Source: Eledone cirrhosa (lineage: Eukaryota). Taken from it: DNA of 64,000 nucleotides. This document shows positions 13,944 through 28,718 of the stretch, piece by piece. The stretch spans positions 125,178,001 through 125,242,000 of the forward strand of contig OZ024745.1 in the NCBI GenBank assembly GCA_964016885.1. Reading direction: 5' to 3'. The number at the start of each line of letters is the position of its first letter. Position 1 is the stretch's first letter. The translations under genes were made by a program, and so were the position numbers. Below the pieces are notes generated by a model that saw only the letters and a program-made list of their open reading frames with translations, searched no databases and was not told where the DNA came from.

Positions 13944-14560
13944 AAAAAATTGAGTAGAAATATCAAAGGGTAAGATCTCTCAGTCCCTTGGACGAGTTTA
14001 GTATATATAGTTACAACAGTGATATAAGGCACTTATGTTTCGTTGGGTTCTCCGCCTCGACTCATTCAGTCTGTTATAAAATTAATATAAGAAGATGAGT
14101 AATATTTCTGGTAGGAGAAGGCCAAATCAAGTACTTAAGTTGTATATATTTACTCGAAACCGGAAGGATGTACGTTAAAGTTGATATTGGTGATATATGA
14201 AGGCAAAATCTTCCGGACTGGAAACCTATCCGCTCTACCGATTCTGCAAACCTGACACCCTTACAATTTTTAATTCCGACACAATGCCAGCAATTTTCGA
14301 GAAATAATGCTCTGTGTATCGGTCCCAAATTGCTAAAAGTCATATTTAATGTCAGAGACAGATCCGTAACGTTGTCAAAAGCAGGAATATTTTAACAAAA
14401 TTCTGTCAAATGCACAATATACCGGCAATGAAGAACAATTCTGACCATTATTAAAAATATGTCTATACTGATGGCTAGATTGCATCTAGCAGCCGCCCGC
14501 TTCTTGTTATTATGATTGTATATTATTTGTATACAACATATGATATTAGGGCCGTAAATA
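13940..14560 (-). mobile_element. Decayed Penelope-like endonuclease 3' end with a degenerate HHR at 14015-14075
   Basis: Minus peptides SKIAGIVSELK and GFQSGRFCL resemble the PLE EN C-terminus. Downstream: AACAGa CTGAATGA GTCG..CAAC GAAA CATAAG-TGC-CTTATA TC aCTGTT. Begins at a (TA)n tract. Confidence 0.4.
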
Positions 14561-14779
14561 GTTTTAAACACTTCAGTAGACACAAAATATTTTAACAGTT
14601 AGTATGTAGACTATGTTTTATAGCTAATAATTAAATAAATCAGTGGTAAGTTTCACGAGTACAGGATGCCAGGCAATTAGAAATAACTTTCCTGTGTCAT
14701 TTAATATTCCCAGCACCTAAAGGAACAAAGTCCATATAGATTGAGTAGCAAATAAAATAGTATCATATTATCTGACTGA

Positions 14780-14941
14780 GGGCGGTGGATTGCCTTGCAG
14801 CATACAGTTACGGCCCTTTATGGTCAGTTCAAATCCCGCCGAAGTTAACTTTGCCTTTCATCCTTACGAGGTCGATAAAATAAAGAACCAGTAACGCACT
14901 GGGATAATTGCTGGCCTTGTGCCAATAATAGAAACAATTAT
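14780..14941 (+). mobile_element. tRNA-derived SINE, major family of this window
   Basis: GTTCAAATCCCGCCGAGGTTAACTTTGCCTTTCATCC...GTCGATAAAATAAAGTACCAG...GGCCTTGTGCCAAAAGTAGAAACAATTA consensus, at least 11 copies in the window. Confidence 0.85.
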
Positions 14942-17069
14942 CTACATGATCCCTCAATCTGGTAGAAATAGCATCCATATCTATTTTAAATCACATTCTA
15001 TTTTTATTCATACACCAATCAAAACACAGTTTCTATAATCATGACAGATGCCATTAATCATATGTCTAAATTGATGTGACAGTAACAGCATCAACAACTA
15101 CAAAAGCCACAAGGAAAAATAATCTAAATCTTGGTAAATTTTCAACTAGTAATGTCGCCTTATTTTGTCTCAAATGAGTTCATTTCTCTCTATACATAAA
15201 TATTACATAAACATAAATAATTTTTGTCATTATTAATATTACATTTTTTTAAATTATGTTACTGTTTTAACTATTCAACTGCCATTCTCTATTATATAAA
15301 TTATTAGAAAAAGCTTTTTGAATAAGACTTTCTATATATTTTCGAAAGCCTACTCAAACCAATTAAAACGTATAAGAATTGATTGTTGGAAAGTTGTTTT
15401 CCCTATTGTGATACGCATATATATATATATATGGGCTTCTCAAGTATATCAAAATATTTCTAGAGCATGTGAAATTAACCATCGAAAAGGAAATTATTGT
15501 CATCTTAAAAGTATTCTTGTAAAATTAAAAAGAATTTAGTGAATTCCGTCTCAACAAGATATATAATAATAAAGAAAATTAAATATACATTGCACGATTG
15601 CAAATACACATTTTCGAGAGTGAATTTTCTTTTGAAATTTCTAAATGAAATTTAAACCCATCAACAAACAAGAAATAATTAATATTGTAAAACTAGAAAC
15701 AAAAATTGTTATATAATACGCGTAGAATACTATCTGTATTCGACAAATGTTTTTCTTTTAATTTCAGTATGTTCGTGTAATGGCTAACAGAATAGTAATC
15801 TTTTGCATCATAGTTAAAGACAGTTACTGTACCAAATTTATCCGAATTTATTGTTATCTCAACGTGGAAAATGTATGAATATGTAAAATATAAAAAGAAG
15901 GCAACATTAACCGAAAATAGGAAAACAGAACAAGTAGGAAAAGGATAAACATTACTAACGGAAACATAGACGTAACAACAACAACAGCAAAAAAAGAGGG
16001 TTTTACAATTTTATTTAATCGATGACACAGATATATATAAGCTAATGTTTTGTGTCTCCTTTTATAATTATATAGGGATATTTCACATTGTAATAAATAG
16101 ACATATATACGTGTGTGTGTGTATGTGTGTGCGTGCGTATGTGTGTATGTGTGTGTGTGTTTGTGTGTGTGTGTGTGCATGACAGAATGTTGCAGACACT
16201 CACACAAAAAAAATTACATATCTCTATCCCTATCTACAACTGAATGCTTATTTAGCATAACATGCCGATCTGATCTAACGTTTAGACTTATTTCTTCATC
16301 TTAACTTAAATGTATTTTATCTGTAGACAAAATAACTTTCTTATTCACTATTCAATTCTCAATTCTTATCTAACCTAATTCGAATTTCAAATTTACTGCA
16401 ATTATATTTGGTTCATTTTGCTCTAAATATTTCTAGGAAGACTAAATTGTTTTGTAACATTTCAAGTTTAGAATATATAGAAGTGATTAATACGATTGCT
16501 GAAGTGTAGAAGTAGTAAACATTTAATCAATGATGTTGATGTGAGGAATCTTAGCCTAAACTTATTTAATTGATTAGCATATGATATTCTAGATGTTTAA
16601 TAAAAGTTTAACCACCTTCTTTGCATCAGCTACTTAACGTTTTCAGATTTTAAGTTGACTGAAGCATAATAATCACACCGCACTTTTAATGCTTGTCTTT
16701 TGGATGTGGGAGCACAATTTACACTGTGGAGGAGAGTTATGATATCTATATGAACCATTAAGGAAAGAAATGTTCTATATGTATGATATACATATGTATA
16801 AACGATGTATACGTACACACCCATGCATATATATACATATAAAATATATATTAGTTAAAACCAGAAAGACCATTGCTGTTTTGGCAGCTAATAACAGAGT
16901 CTGGAATCAGTTGTCGAAATGACAAGAACTTCACTGTCTGGCCTCAACTCTTTCTAATATAGTCACACTCTACTATCCTGAGTATCGCATAATCTGCTGA
17001 ATGATCGTCTTACTAGTTTAAAACTGGTAAAATCCTGATCCCAAGACTACCAAATCATGTCCAGGCTTC

Positions 17070-17232
17070 GCAGAAGTGATAAGACAGGCGGCCCCTCACT
17101 CCCCGGACAATAGAAAATGCCTACTATGTTTAGCGGAAGCAGTGGAAATCACAAACTTAAAAAAGAACCCAATAAACATCAAATCTGCAATCATACTAAG
17201 ATATAGGCTCTCTCGACAATTACTATTTTGGT
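17070..17232 (+). pseudogene. Penelope-like endonuclease C-terminal remnant
   Basis: VIRQAAPHSPDNRKCLLCLAEAVEI...INIKSAIILRYR matches the PLE IxxxAxPYxxxxxxCxLCLxE...LNxRSE...CRH pattern. Confidence 0.6.
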
Positions 17233-18561
17233 TGTATGTTTCACGCATAGTTGTAGTTAATGTTGTTGTTGTTCTTATTGCGGATATGACTGCTGCTGGA
17301 CCGTTGTAGTTCCTACCGCTGCACTACTTCAACTTCAACTGCTGCTGTTGTTGCTTCTGCTGTCGCCACTGGGGTTGGTGGTGATGATGTTTAGGCTCCA
17401 TGTCAAAAAATAGTCGTGTCCCGTCACCTCGATATCAAAACAATTGTAATATGCAAATAAAATGTGTACATATGCAGCAATACTAACTCCGACTCTTTTA
17501 AATTTATTTAGGCTCTTCACATTACATCCACATCATTGGAATACAACCCAGACGGAACGGACCTAGTAACAGCATTGAGTGCTTCGAACGGCGCACCTCT
17601 TGTGACTGTTCTATACATGCGTTGTATTTCAAATATATAAGAATTATGCAGGTATCTAGAAAAATGTTTGCAGACAGGAGTATATTAAATACGAGCTCCT
17701 GCTGAATTGTATAACTTTAAGTGCAACAATTATTTATTCAATCTCGTCTCTTAGAAGTTGAGGCTATTACCATTCCATATAGATGTAAAGATGATTTATT
17801 ATACAAGAACAAATAATTTTATCTTTTATCTGTGTTTGTTTTCTTCACATCGCTGTGTCTTATGCGGGATTGTATTTATGAATACGATTATGATGATGAT
17901 AATATAAGTTCATGAATAATATAATTAAAAAAGTGATGAAAATGAAGTCTGATATAACTTGATGTAACCTGAGCTTTAATGAGAATTATTCATTTCGCAA
18001 CATGAAATTGCAACGTAAGCCATAATGCAAAATAGATTATATTACTAAGGTACTAAACTATAATAATTAAACTAACAGGCAAATACATATGTAATATAGC
18101 GTAAATTTCACAATACTTCTAACATAGATTATTAACTAAGAATATCAAACATTCAATATACTGTAGCTAAACTATACTTACCTTCAAAGTCCTGACGTAA
18201 TTATTTAATGATTTAATCAATAAATTATAGATTTGAAATTTTATAAATGCTCTCCCATAAAAGTTTTAGTTTATAACATCTACTCAACCATCATAAATAA
18301 TATTTTATCTCTTTTATATGAGGGAATAATAATGGAACTGCCATAAAAGACACATGATGCCTCGAAAGTGAACCTGATGTATTTATGCTAGAGGAACCTA
18401 GGAGGAATCCGAGTAAACACCAAACCTATATGCTAGAAGCAGCAGACAAATCTCCCCTGACTTCCCTCCCTATTACTTAAAATAGGAAAGACACTGGATA
18501 TTATAGTCCACTATATAATATTCCTGAGAAAAGCTAATAATGATCCTATCTCTATCTTACG

Positions 18562-18830
18562 TGGAGGCACGTGGCCTAGTGGTAAGGGTGTTGGACTTAT
18601 GATCATAATGTCCTGGTTTCGATTCCTAGTTTGCGTGTTGTGTTCTTGAGCAAAACACTTCATTTCAAGTTTCTCTAGGCTGAAAATGAGCAGAAGCAAT
18701 AGCTGGGAGTTTAACCCTGCGATGGACTGGCCTCCTGTCCAGGAGGAAGTCTTGTACTCTCAGTCACTTCACGCTATGAAATCGGGATAAGCAGCGACCA
18801 AATGAGCCTTCTGGCTTAATACAGACTTTA
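18562..18830 (+). mobile_element. tRNA-derived SINE (CORE-like body)
   Basis: GGCACGTGGCCTAGTGGTAAGG (A box), GTTTCGATTCC (B box), GTGTTCTTGAGCAAAACACTT. Related to 3405-3640. Confidence 0.7.
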
Positions 18831-20023
18831 GACTTTAGACTCTATCGTACATCATCACAAGTAAGGTGAATTGCGGATGAGTTATCATTGAATAAAATCA
18901 AAGTGTAAGTGCATAAGGCATAATACAGTATTGCATGTACAACGCAAGAATGACGAATGAGATAGACACAGCTAGACGACCTTTGAACAAGGTTCTACTC
19001 AGTTATGGTTTATCTGAAGACAAAAACCAATAAAAGCAACAGGAATTCAATCTGCAAGATCAATAACGAATTAACAGATTTGTTGTAACAATGCATCTGT
19101 GAATGTATTAACATACATTTGCATATATTTTCTAATTAATTACATTTATCTTCCAAATTTCACATAAAATATTTTAGGTAACATTTAGAAATATTACATC
19201 CTGTCAATTAAAGTTTTATTTGCTTTATAATATGTCCTACAAATTCACCTTTAACAATTTTCTACGTATTGAGCCTTGGTTTATACGGAAAATCTTATCG
19301 ATATAAAGGTAAAATGTAAAAGAGGTGACTCGTTTTGAAGCAATGACTTGTGTAATTGTTTAAGTAAATTGAAAGATAATAATACAAAATTATAATAATA
19401 TAGAGGACAGTTGGACGTTTTTGTTGTCGAGAACTTTACGTATAGGAAAGAACAAATCATCTTGAAATAGTAGATAGAAATAAACGATATGCTTAACTGG
19501 TATGTGAAAAAGAAAGGAATGATAAAATGGAACATACCTAAGCAGTAGTGGAAGAAATATTTACGAGGTTTCTTCACTAACAGATGGAATTTAAAGAAGT
19601 ATGAATCAATCTGTCAAAAAACGTCTGTGTCATTGGAAAGTGTTAACATTTAGGGGTATTAGTCCTCTTCCATTCTGTTACGATGGAAAGATGACACAAA
19701 CATATGGCATAAAAAATGGGGTTAGCAAGCTAGCTGTCAGTCTAGCTGTCAATCTAGACAGAGTAAATCAATTTAAGAAATGAAGACAGGTACCTTGAAG
19801 GATAAATGCCGAGCTACGGAAAGTATACGTGTGCCTTGGTGTGGTATGTATCACTTGCTAAGTCTCATTAGTTCTTATAATGAAAATATATAGTGAAAGA
19901 CGGATATGGGATGTGTGAACAGGAAAATGATATTTATTGTAAATGTATAATTATAAATGTATCAACGAATTTTATGAACAAATTAGAAATCATCTACCAC
20001 AATATACGTTAACTTTGATTTAA

Positions 20024-20428
20024 CCTTTTAGCATTGAAACCAGCCATATCCGGTCAGATTTCTCCCACCCCCTTCTGCTCAAACCGGTTGTAACCGGGCA
20101 CTCATGATTATGTTAATGTATTGTTCTCAAAATATATAATATCAAAATCTCATAGATTCGATGTAATGGAAGATGATTATGTGAGATAAAGCCTTTACAG
20201 TGAAAATACAATAGTTAGTATAAAATAATTGTTTATACTTTCGGCACAAGGCCAGCAATTACCCAGTACATTATCGGTACTTTATTTTATCGACCTCGTA
20301 AGGATGAATGGCAAAGTTAACCTTGGCGGGATTTGAACTCAGATCGTAAAGGGACGTAACTATGCTGGAAAGCATGTCCAACCCTCTACCAATTCTGCCA
20401 ATCCAAAAATAATGAAAATGCTAAAGGG
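20024..20428. mobile_element. piggyBac-like MITE with a nested SINE (20228-20405, minus)
   Basis: TTAA|CCTTTTAGCATT ... AATGCTAAAGGG|TTGA terminal inverted repeats with TTAA-like flanks. Confidence 0.55.
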
Positions 20429-22599
20429 TTGAACACTGCATGATACAGAAATATAGCTTATTCTACACATTATTGTTGTTTTTATGCGTATGATCCCTGA
20501 AGTCTTTGGATTCTAGATTCTTTTTCTGTGGCAAGATGCATTATATATCACTTGTATATTTGCACCACATTTGCACCAGTTATGAGAAGATGTAAATTAA
20601 TCAGATTTGCTTCGGAAATAAGACTATTTTTTTAATAGAATTTACTCAAGCATGTAATATGACACAATGAGTTATATCCAGTTTTCAGGCAAACATTGCA
20701 TTTCGTTTTAGGCTCTCAACCAGATTAAAAACACAAAGTAGCTAGTTATAAACATTTTTGACATACTGCCTAAAAATTCATATAAAACATATTCATAGAA
20801 ATAAATTCAAATACAAATACCACTTGTACCAGTAACGTTAAAAATAAGACAGCACAATATCAAAGGATAATCAAACTTAAATAGCAACAGAAATAAGAGC
20901 CTGTTTAGAAATTGGATGGTATCTTAAAACTGATATCAGTGGATGTTTGATTTCCTATTATGATTTGAAAGAAATGAAACTCAGGTACTGAATCTTTAGT
21001 TTGTGCATTCCCCATATTATCTGTGGAATTATCCATCTCTTATTCCTATTCCCTTTCCATTTCAAAATATATACGCACTTCGGGTGCTTTCGATTAAACA
21101 CTATATCTAATTCAATACACTGTATTATAATTAATTAAGACGCGCAATTATTTCGTTCCAATATTAAATATTTTATTACTAAGACGTTAATTTTTACATA
21201 GAATACTTAGAGTTATTAAATAAAATAGTGTGTTAATTCATAAAATAATAAACAATTATATTTCTTAGTAGAGTCATATAAACATGCAGAAAAAGTGAGC
21301 AATATTGGAAAGGACTATAAATGCCATAAATTAGAGGCGAAATGGGGGAAGAAAAGGAGCTACTAGACAAAGGAAGAATGAAAGGGTGAATGAGAAAGGG
21401 TGACAGAATCTACACCTAGGTCAGAGAGCTGTTTTGGCTGCACCTCACTAACAAATAGGATAACGTATTATGAACAGGAGCATGTAGAACGAATGTGCTG
21501 ATATATCAAATACGAGTTACAAAGAATAACAACATATATGTTTTTAAATATATAAGATATGTAAGATTGTTTACAGTCGTATCACTAAGAATAATATCTG
21601 TTCAGTAAGTGTTTTATTTATTGGAACATCCTAGATACTTATCAGTGAGACATCAAACTATCTTATTGACTAAAAAGGATAGATCTCAATTCATCAGAAC
21701 GATTTAGAGGATATTACTGCATTCTCAATGAAAGGCAGTATTATTCCGTCTTGAACATTATCGCACAGAAGCCAAACCTATATTATATATATATAATGTT
21801 AAGCATTTCAATACATTTTCCTGGATATATATATAGAGAGAGAGTGATTTTGTTCAAAGGAATAGAATTTTGTGATACAAATAGCGAGAAACGCTAATGA
21901 AAACTTTTCCGCTAGCTTTATTATGCACTTATGTTTTTTTTTTTTCGAATTATACAGAAATGTACTAAAGTATAAATATGGTTCTGTAGTAATCTTTGTA
22001 AAGCACTCGATGTCCTAAATTTCTTTCCAAATTTTGTAAACCTATTTACTTTGTATTTTAAATCATATTCTCTAATTCTTATACTCTACTCGAAGTCTAT
22101 TCAATCCAATCTAGATATCACAGGAATTACATTTTTTGCGATGTTCCAAAAATCATCACTTTCATTGTCAGGGATATAAAAAAACATAGAAATTCACAAA
22201 TAAAGACAGCCCTGTCATAAAATATATTCACTATAATATCCTTTGAATTTGTTTCCTGAAAAACATCATGCAGGACATTGATGGACATATTTCAATAGAT
22301 GTCGATATGCTTGAAATATAGAGACTTCGAATAAACTTTATGTCCTTATAGAATAGAAAAGAAGAATTTTACATCGAATCACCTAGCAAGGTCGCTTTCA
22401 TATATATTTGATACAACGACATAATTGTATTCACATTTTCAGTTTACCAAAAAGCATTCTCCACAGAATTTACGTTATTATCCAACATTTTACACTTACA
22501 TAGTCAAAGAAAATTCAAGATGTCTTTTTCATATATATTGTTTCATCATTTTAAATAAAACATAAGAAGTAATTTACTCATTTATAATCTCTGTTAAGA

Positions 22600-24080
22600 C
22601 AAATCTTTTCGCTCTAGAAGTCAAAGTGTACGTTTGTTTTATTCGTTATTCTAGACTCTAGATCGACTGTTGAGTATCGTTGAATAGATACAGCAAAAGC
22701 ATCATACGCTTGCAGATCTGGAGGTAGTGGAAAACAATATGTATGGTGACAGAAAACAAGTACATCTGCCACCACAGTGGTAACAAACGGGTCGTCTCCC
22801 CTCCACTGTGATGTGTAAGTAGGCAAGCCCATCCAGCAATATGCGGTCGGGGATCCTAGCAATTCGTTCTGGCTGCACTTACACCAGAATTTGCAGGCTA
22901 GTTCCACCGAACACGTTGCTGGAAGACTTACCTACCGAAATTACTGCATCCTCTTTCAAGTCGAAGAAGCCACACAGTACCGACCAGAAATCAATATCTG
23001 GATCGACACTGTGCATGGTCAATCTTTGCGTTCTTCTTCCCAAATAAATGGGGAAGAAGGTAAATAAGGGGGACACAATTGGGGCCCAGGGAATGTTTTT
23101 GGGCCGTAAATTTATCATTCATTCGAATGGATAGACTACCGTAGAGTCTATCGTTCCGAATGAATACAATGTTTTTCAGATGATCTTTTAAAGCCAGTTC
23201 AATCTCTGTCTGTGTGAGTTGTACTGGCTTACGGGTTTTATATTTTTAAGCTATTTTCCTTTTTTAGCTCTGGAGAAGAATTTAAAGAAAATAGACCATT
23301 CTCCTCCAAAGTTATATACTTCCGTGCATTTTCCATTTGCTGGGCCATGTTCGAAATGTCAATAGGTTCATACACAATGGTTGTGTTGGTAGTTTGAGCG
23401 AACGTCATTTTGTTCGCCCCCTCTTTGTTTACATTTGTAGAAATGTGGTTGTTTTCTTGTTTTTTGTTGTTACAATTTTCATTTTTTGTTGGATTTATGT
23501 TATGTATGTTAGTGTAAATGTTCAAATTCTTTTTCCCGTTGGGATTAGACTCCATTTTTTCAAAATGTTCACTTATATGTTCAATATCCGAGAGACTTGT
23601 AGTCACAGCTACTACGTCTCTTTCACCTTTTCTAGTGGACGTGGCACCGTGAAAAATCGAAACGGCATCCATTACTGTTGGCAATTTCTCCGAGTCAATT
23701 TATTTCACATTTTTTTCATTAGAGTTAGGCTCCATTTTTTCAATGTTTCTAATAATCATTATTCTTTCAGTGGGGAGGCTTGTTGCCTCAGCTACCCGCT
23801 CTTCTTCAGTTTGTTTAGTGGGCGTGTCATCGTTACCTGTGGCAATGGCTTCCATTACCACTAGCGTAGAGACAATCTCAAGATTTTTAGGATGAAAACT
23901 TTCACCCCAAAAGGGGTGAAATAAATTAACCCTAATGTCCGAACACCCAGGCGAGGGGGTTAATTAACACAATAACGCAAGAATACAGACAAACACTTAC
24001 TGATAACACGTAATATATCCAATACTCGAGGAGCCGATGTGACGAACGTCTATACCATCCGGAGATAGATAGATAGATTG
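22600..24080 (-). mobile_element. Decayed ORF1 (gag-like) and 5' region of an L1/Tx1-like LINE
   Basis: Consecutive frameshifted minus ORFs (23238-23684, 22879-23118) leading to HITVEGRRPVCYHCG near 22780-22820, a zinc-knuckle entry motif of LINE ORF1 proteins. Confidence 0.55.
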
Positions 24081-24280
24081 ATTGATTCTCAGTGTATATA
24101 TATATATATATATCGGTAAAAGTTGACCAATAACTCATCAATGTAAAAGTGCTAAAGTTTCCGAACCAAGCGAACTCACAAGATACTGTTATTGATACAG
24201 AAATGTATATATCCCGTACAAAAACATATAGAACATATAATTGGTTACAACAATGAAATATTACTTACTTTATACAGTTC

Positions 24281-24374
<94 letters not shown>

Positions 24375-26285
24375 CAGCAGCACTAAAATTAACAATATCA
24401 TTGATGGTTCTCCTTTTCTTAGACTTTGTTGTTAACGTTGGCAGGAAATATACAAAGCATTGTAGTAAATCTCATTACAATCATGAAATTATATTTATTG
24501 AAGGTATTGGAAAAGTATAATAGTCTGTTACGATGTGTTCAACCTTTGTTTCTTTTCTAAGTGAGACATATTTGCAATGGAGCCGATATTATAAAATAGA
24601 CGACACAATGCTAATTGAAAATGTATAGGGGTTTAAAAAATACCAGTGGAATGGTAATAAAATTTTATAATTCCAGACATATCATTAGGTACCATGAAAT
24701 GTATAGGAGAGTAATATATGTGTAATGTTTGTATGGTTTTAGAACTCCAATTGGGTACTGACAATAAGTATATTTCTTATATGTATCTATTGTAACATAA
24801 TAGGGAAGCTACATTTTGTGACTTATTCCTTTATTGGTATCATATGGAACATTTGTGAAGAGTAATACTTAAATGTTTATAATCAAGAAGTAACAATTCG
24901 ATTCAGACTGCTTTTAAAAGGCTAAACTGAGATATATAGTGTTAAAAAAAAAATATTTTTCTTCAATTGGAAAAAGAGCTAAAATTTTGTTGGTAGAAAA
25001 TTGTGTTACGATGTTCATGCCTTCTTCTAATGATATAAAAATAATGTTTGGAAGTAAATGAATTCAGATCGAAATGCCATCTGAGTTGTTCGTTAAGATA
25101 CTGAAATTGAGCCAATAACGAAGTCATGCCATATACACTTCTCCAGAGCCTAAAACTTGGTGGTTTATTAACACACATCCGATCGAGCCTAGATTGCATC
25201 ATCTTTTACTACCTTACAAATCACCATCCTATTTCTCTTCGAAGTAAATATCCGTCACTTGTACGCCATGCCAGAAAATCAGCTGTCCAAGCTATATTTT
25301 ATCCTAAAATTTGAATTCGAAAATCTTGTCTTTCTAATTATGTATGTCAAGGTGCATATTGAATGTAGATTGCACTTCTACGCCACCATATCTCTTATCT
25401 GACATCTAAATATAAGACATTTTGTCGTCGGTGAAATGTTAATATGCGCTTTCTGTAATATTAAGTTGGTAAGAGCTAAATATATCTCGGGAATGAGTTC
25501 CAATTCCTCATGAGTAAATATCACATGAGATTTATTAGCTATTTTTTTAGACAGCCAAATGAAGTGAAACATTTAAATAAAAGGCATTGCTCAGCGCCAA
25601 AATGAAATCCTCGAGAGCTATAAGATAATTGTGCGAAATAAGATACTTGACGTTAGTTTGTATTAAGTAACTCTGTTTTCTTAACTTTTGAATCATGCAT
25701 ATAAACTAGATAATTAACAGTAGTACTATCGTGTATTTTCACCTAAGAATTGGTTATATTTTAAACTAAGAATTGGTTAATACAAACATTTAAATACCAT
25801 CAGAAAAAATGAAAGACCTATGCTTTCACATTAAGCATTACACTACAATTGTATATATGAGTAACGTTTCTAACTAGAACCCTCTTCTATAAACATTTTA
25901 TAGATTAAGAAGTATTGCATTACGATTCTTAAACTGTTGCAGTGGCTTTTCTCTTAGACAAAGTGAAGCTAGTTACCAGATTGGTTGCTCAGATAATGTA
26001 ATTGTATAATATAAATGAGCTTTACTTCACTAATGATATAACGCCTATACATTTATGTTGGATTTTCGTTTATGAATAAATGAAAACCTGTTAATGTGCA
26101 ACTAATTAAATAGTTATCTAATAACATTTTTTTATGTTTGACAGCAAAGAAATATTTCACTTTTCTCTCTTGAACACGAGAAACCATTTCCATAGTCCTA
26201 AGTCAATGTTAATACACATTTCATCAAAAAAGAAGTATCGTACATTTTATAATTAGAAATCCTATACCTGCTATAATGTATGTAT

Positions 26286-26340
<55 letters not shown>

Positions 26341-26341
<1 letters not shown>

Positions 26342-26928
26342 CTGGAGTGAAAATTTTAGTAAGTAAGTTAATTTTTTAAAATTTTCTTATTTTACGTCTT
26401 TTATATTATTGTTCTGCATCCTTTTGCATTGAACCACCTAGGTACTATGACATAACCTGTGTATTTGCTAGCATTAGCGTACATCTGTACGCATATGTTA
26501 GTAGATATACTAAATTCTCTATATTTATCTCCAAATTACTTATTTGTCGAGCAAACCTGCCAAAACCAACACTAATTTATTGGTGTGTTACTAGGCTTCT
26601 GTCATCTTACCATCCCACTCCTACCGACTAGCCTCTGTGTCACGTGATTGATTCTTTAGAATCTGCCATTTGACCAGCGACAGCGAGATTTTCAGTGCAT
26701 GGAATTCAGTCCCCGCTAGCTGCTCCATTTACCGAATTATTATTATTTTTATATGAGTCCCAGTGTCCGCGCATTGCCTGGAGACTTAGCTGAGAATAGA
26801 CTCCCTGATGACGCAATGAATTCTCGACAGTTTATTACGTAACTGTCTTTATCCCATTGCAGAAACTAATTAGTTGGAGTGAAAATTTTAGTAAGTAAGT
26901 TAATTTTTTTAAATTTTCTTATTTTACG

Positions 26929-26935
<7 letters not shown>
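26341..26935 (+). mobile_element. Retrozyme-like element: about 1.1 copies of a 532-bp HHR monomer
   Basis: About 60-bp direct repeat GGAGTGAAAATTTTAGTAAGTAAG... at 26344 and 26876 (period 532). (TA)n on both sides; no ORF. Confidence 0.7.
26800..26880 (+). ncRNA. Type I hammerhead ribozyme with extended stem II
   Basis: ACTCC CTGATGA cGCAATG...GACAGTT/AACTGTC...CATTGCa GAAA CTAATTAG TT GGAGT. Confidence 0.75.
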
Positions 26936-26992
<57 letters not shown>

Positions 26993-27131
26993 ATGCATAT
27001 ATTGTAGCAGTAGCAGGTATAGGATTTCTAACTTTAAAATATAGAAAGTACGCTAGAGCCGAAGTGTACGATAAAGTTATATCTACGTATATACAAATAG
27101 ATTGTGGAACCGAAACTATACCAGTGGGGTC

Positions 27132-27188
27132 TAGTACGAACATCGATTATAGTACGAACATCGATTATAGTACGAACGTCGATTATAG
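27132..27188. repeat. 18-bp minisatellite, 3 copies (TAGTACGAACATCGATTA)
   Basis: Direct inspection. Confidence 0.9.
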
Positions 27189-27759
27189 GCGTTTATCATT
27201 TATTTTCAATTTACAAAGAAATTCGTATTTTTTGTTATATCTACATACTTACATATTCAAAATAGGTAACTTTATATACACATAGATGCAGTCACACTTA
27301 GGCACTCGGTATATATATATATATACAGATATGACTTACATTTTCTTACATTTCGAATGCTTGGGTACACTTTAATGCATATCTTAACTACAAACAAGAA
27401 CGCTATTTATATGTAAGTTAGTACATTCATTTTAGAATACAACTAAGAGTTAATGGCTATATAAATTTATTAAATGCGTGTTTCATTGTGATTGTTTGGA
27501 TGGTAAATACGACATTTGATGTGAATCCATCTAGGCCCCAAAATCGATAAAAGCGTGTTATCATCTTTTCTGGCATGTTTACATACTTATTAACAATGCA
27601 ATTATTTATATACACATTGTGATAATTTCGCTTACGCATTCTATATACATTTCTCAAATTATATAATACACACTGTTATGGAAAATAAGACATACAGTCA
27701 AAACTAATGAGATTTCTATTGTTATATTTCTATTATGAATAATCGTTTGATGGATAATT

Positions 27760-28560
27760 TCCCCAAATCCCTCGCTTGGCAGTGCTACCGGGGGAGCACT
27801 GCCGGTTCGAGATAAACTCTACAGGCACGGAAGTACTGTCAGACGGACCTGCCCAAGATGCGCACAGAGCGACGAAACCGTTCTGCACGCACTCGTCCAG
27901 TGTCCGTGCATTACTGACTTGTGGAGTTATGTCGAACCGCTGTGGTCGCGTGTAGAACGGATCCGGCTATCGGCCGAGTCCATAGTGAAGATCGACCCGC
28001 CGCCTTCTTTTGGCTAGGAAGGGCAGGCAATTTTCCTCTGTCTGGTGGCAGTAGCGAAAGAGGTTGTATGGTGGACGAGGTTGAAAGGACTGAAGACAGA
28101 CACTTTTCTCTTCGGCCAATCCCTCATCAACTTTTTCAAGTTTCACTTGGAAAGGAGGGTGAGGGTTGAGAGAGAAGTGCTTCCCCCCAGTACATTTGCT
28201 GAAAGGTGGGTGAATGTGGCGTGAATGGCCCGTGTGAGTGGGCCTACTCTGGTCATGCGGCTGTAGGTAGGTAAATTTGAGGAGCAGAGGGGTGCCCTTC
28301 CAGGGTGCTCTCGAAGCGTCGGGTCGTTAAGGATTGGTGGGCTACCTGAGCGAACCCTGGGTGGTCATCCCCCCTATTGGGGAATTTTTTCTTGTAATGT
28401 TATTGTTACTTTATTGTTACTTTGTTATTGTTACTTTGTTATTGTTACTTTGTTATTGTTATTCATATTATTTACTCGATTTTTCTGTAAAACCCCACTG
28501 TTCCAGTCTTTTGTATTGTCCCCTATATTCGGCCCTTGTGGCCAATAAATTAAATCATTA
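27760..28560 (+). mobile_element. 3' end of a Tx1/L1-like LINE (zf-RVT domain and 3' UTR)
   Basis: SLAWQCYR/GALPVRDKLYRHGSTVRRTCPRCAQSDETVLHALVQCP (CCHC zf-RVT), frameshifted; ends at AATAAATTAAATC. Confidence 0.8.
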
Positions 28561-28594
28561 TTAATTATCGTTTTGTCATTTAATTATTAGTATT

Positions 28595-28627
28595 AGTAGT
28601 AGCAATAGAAGTAGTAGTAGAAGTAGT

Positions 28628-28718
<91 letters not shown>
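28595..28718. repeat. Compound (AGT)n/(AGC)n microsatellite
   Basis: Direct inspection. Confidence 0.9.

Noticed and set aside
24963-25572. Cluster of 60-80 aa ORFs (similar cluster at 19281-19783)
   Set aside because: No recognisable motifs or consistent splice signals; unassigned.
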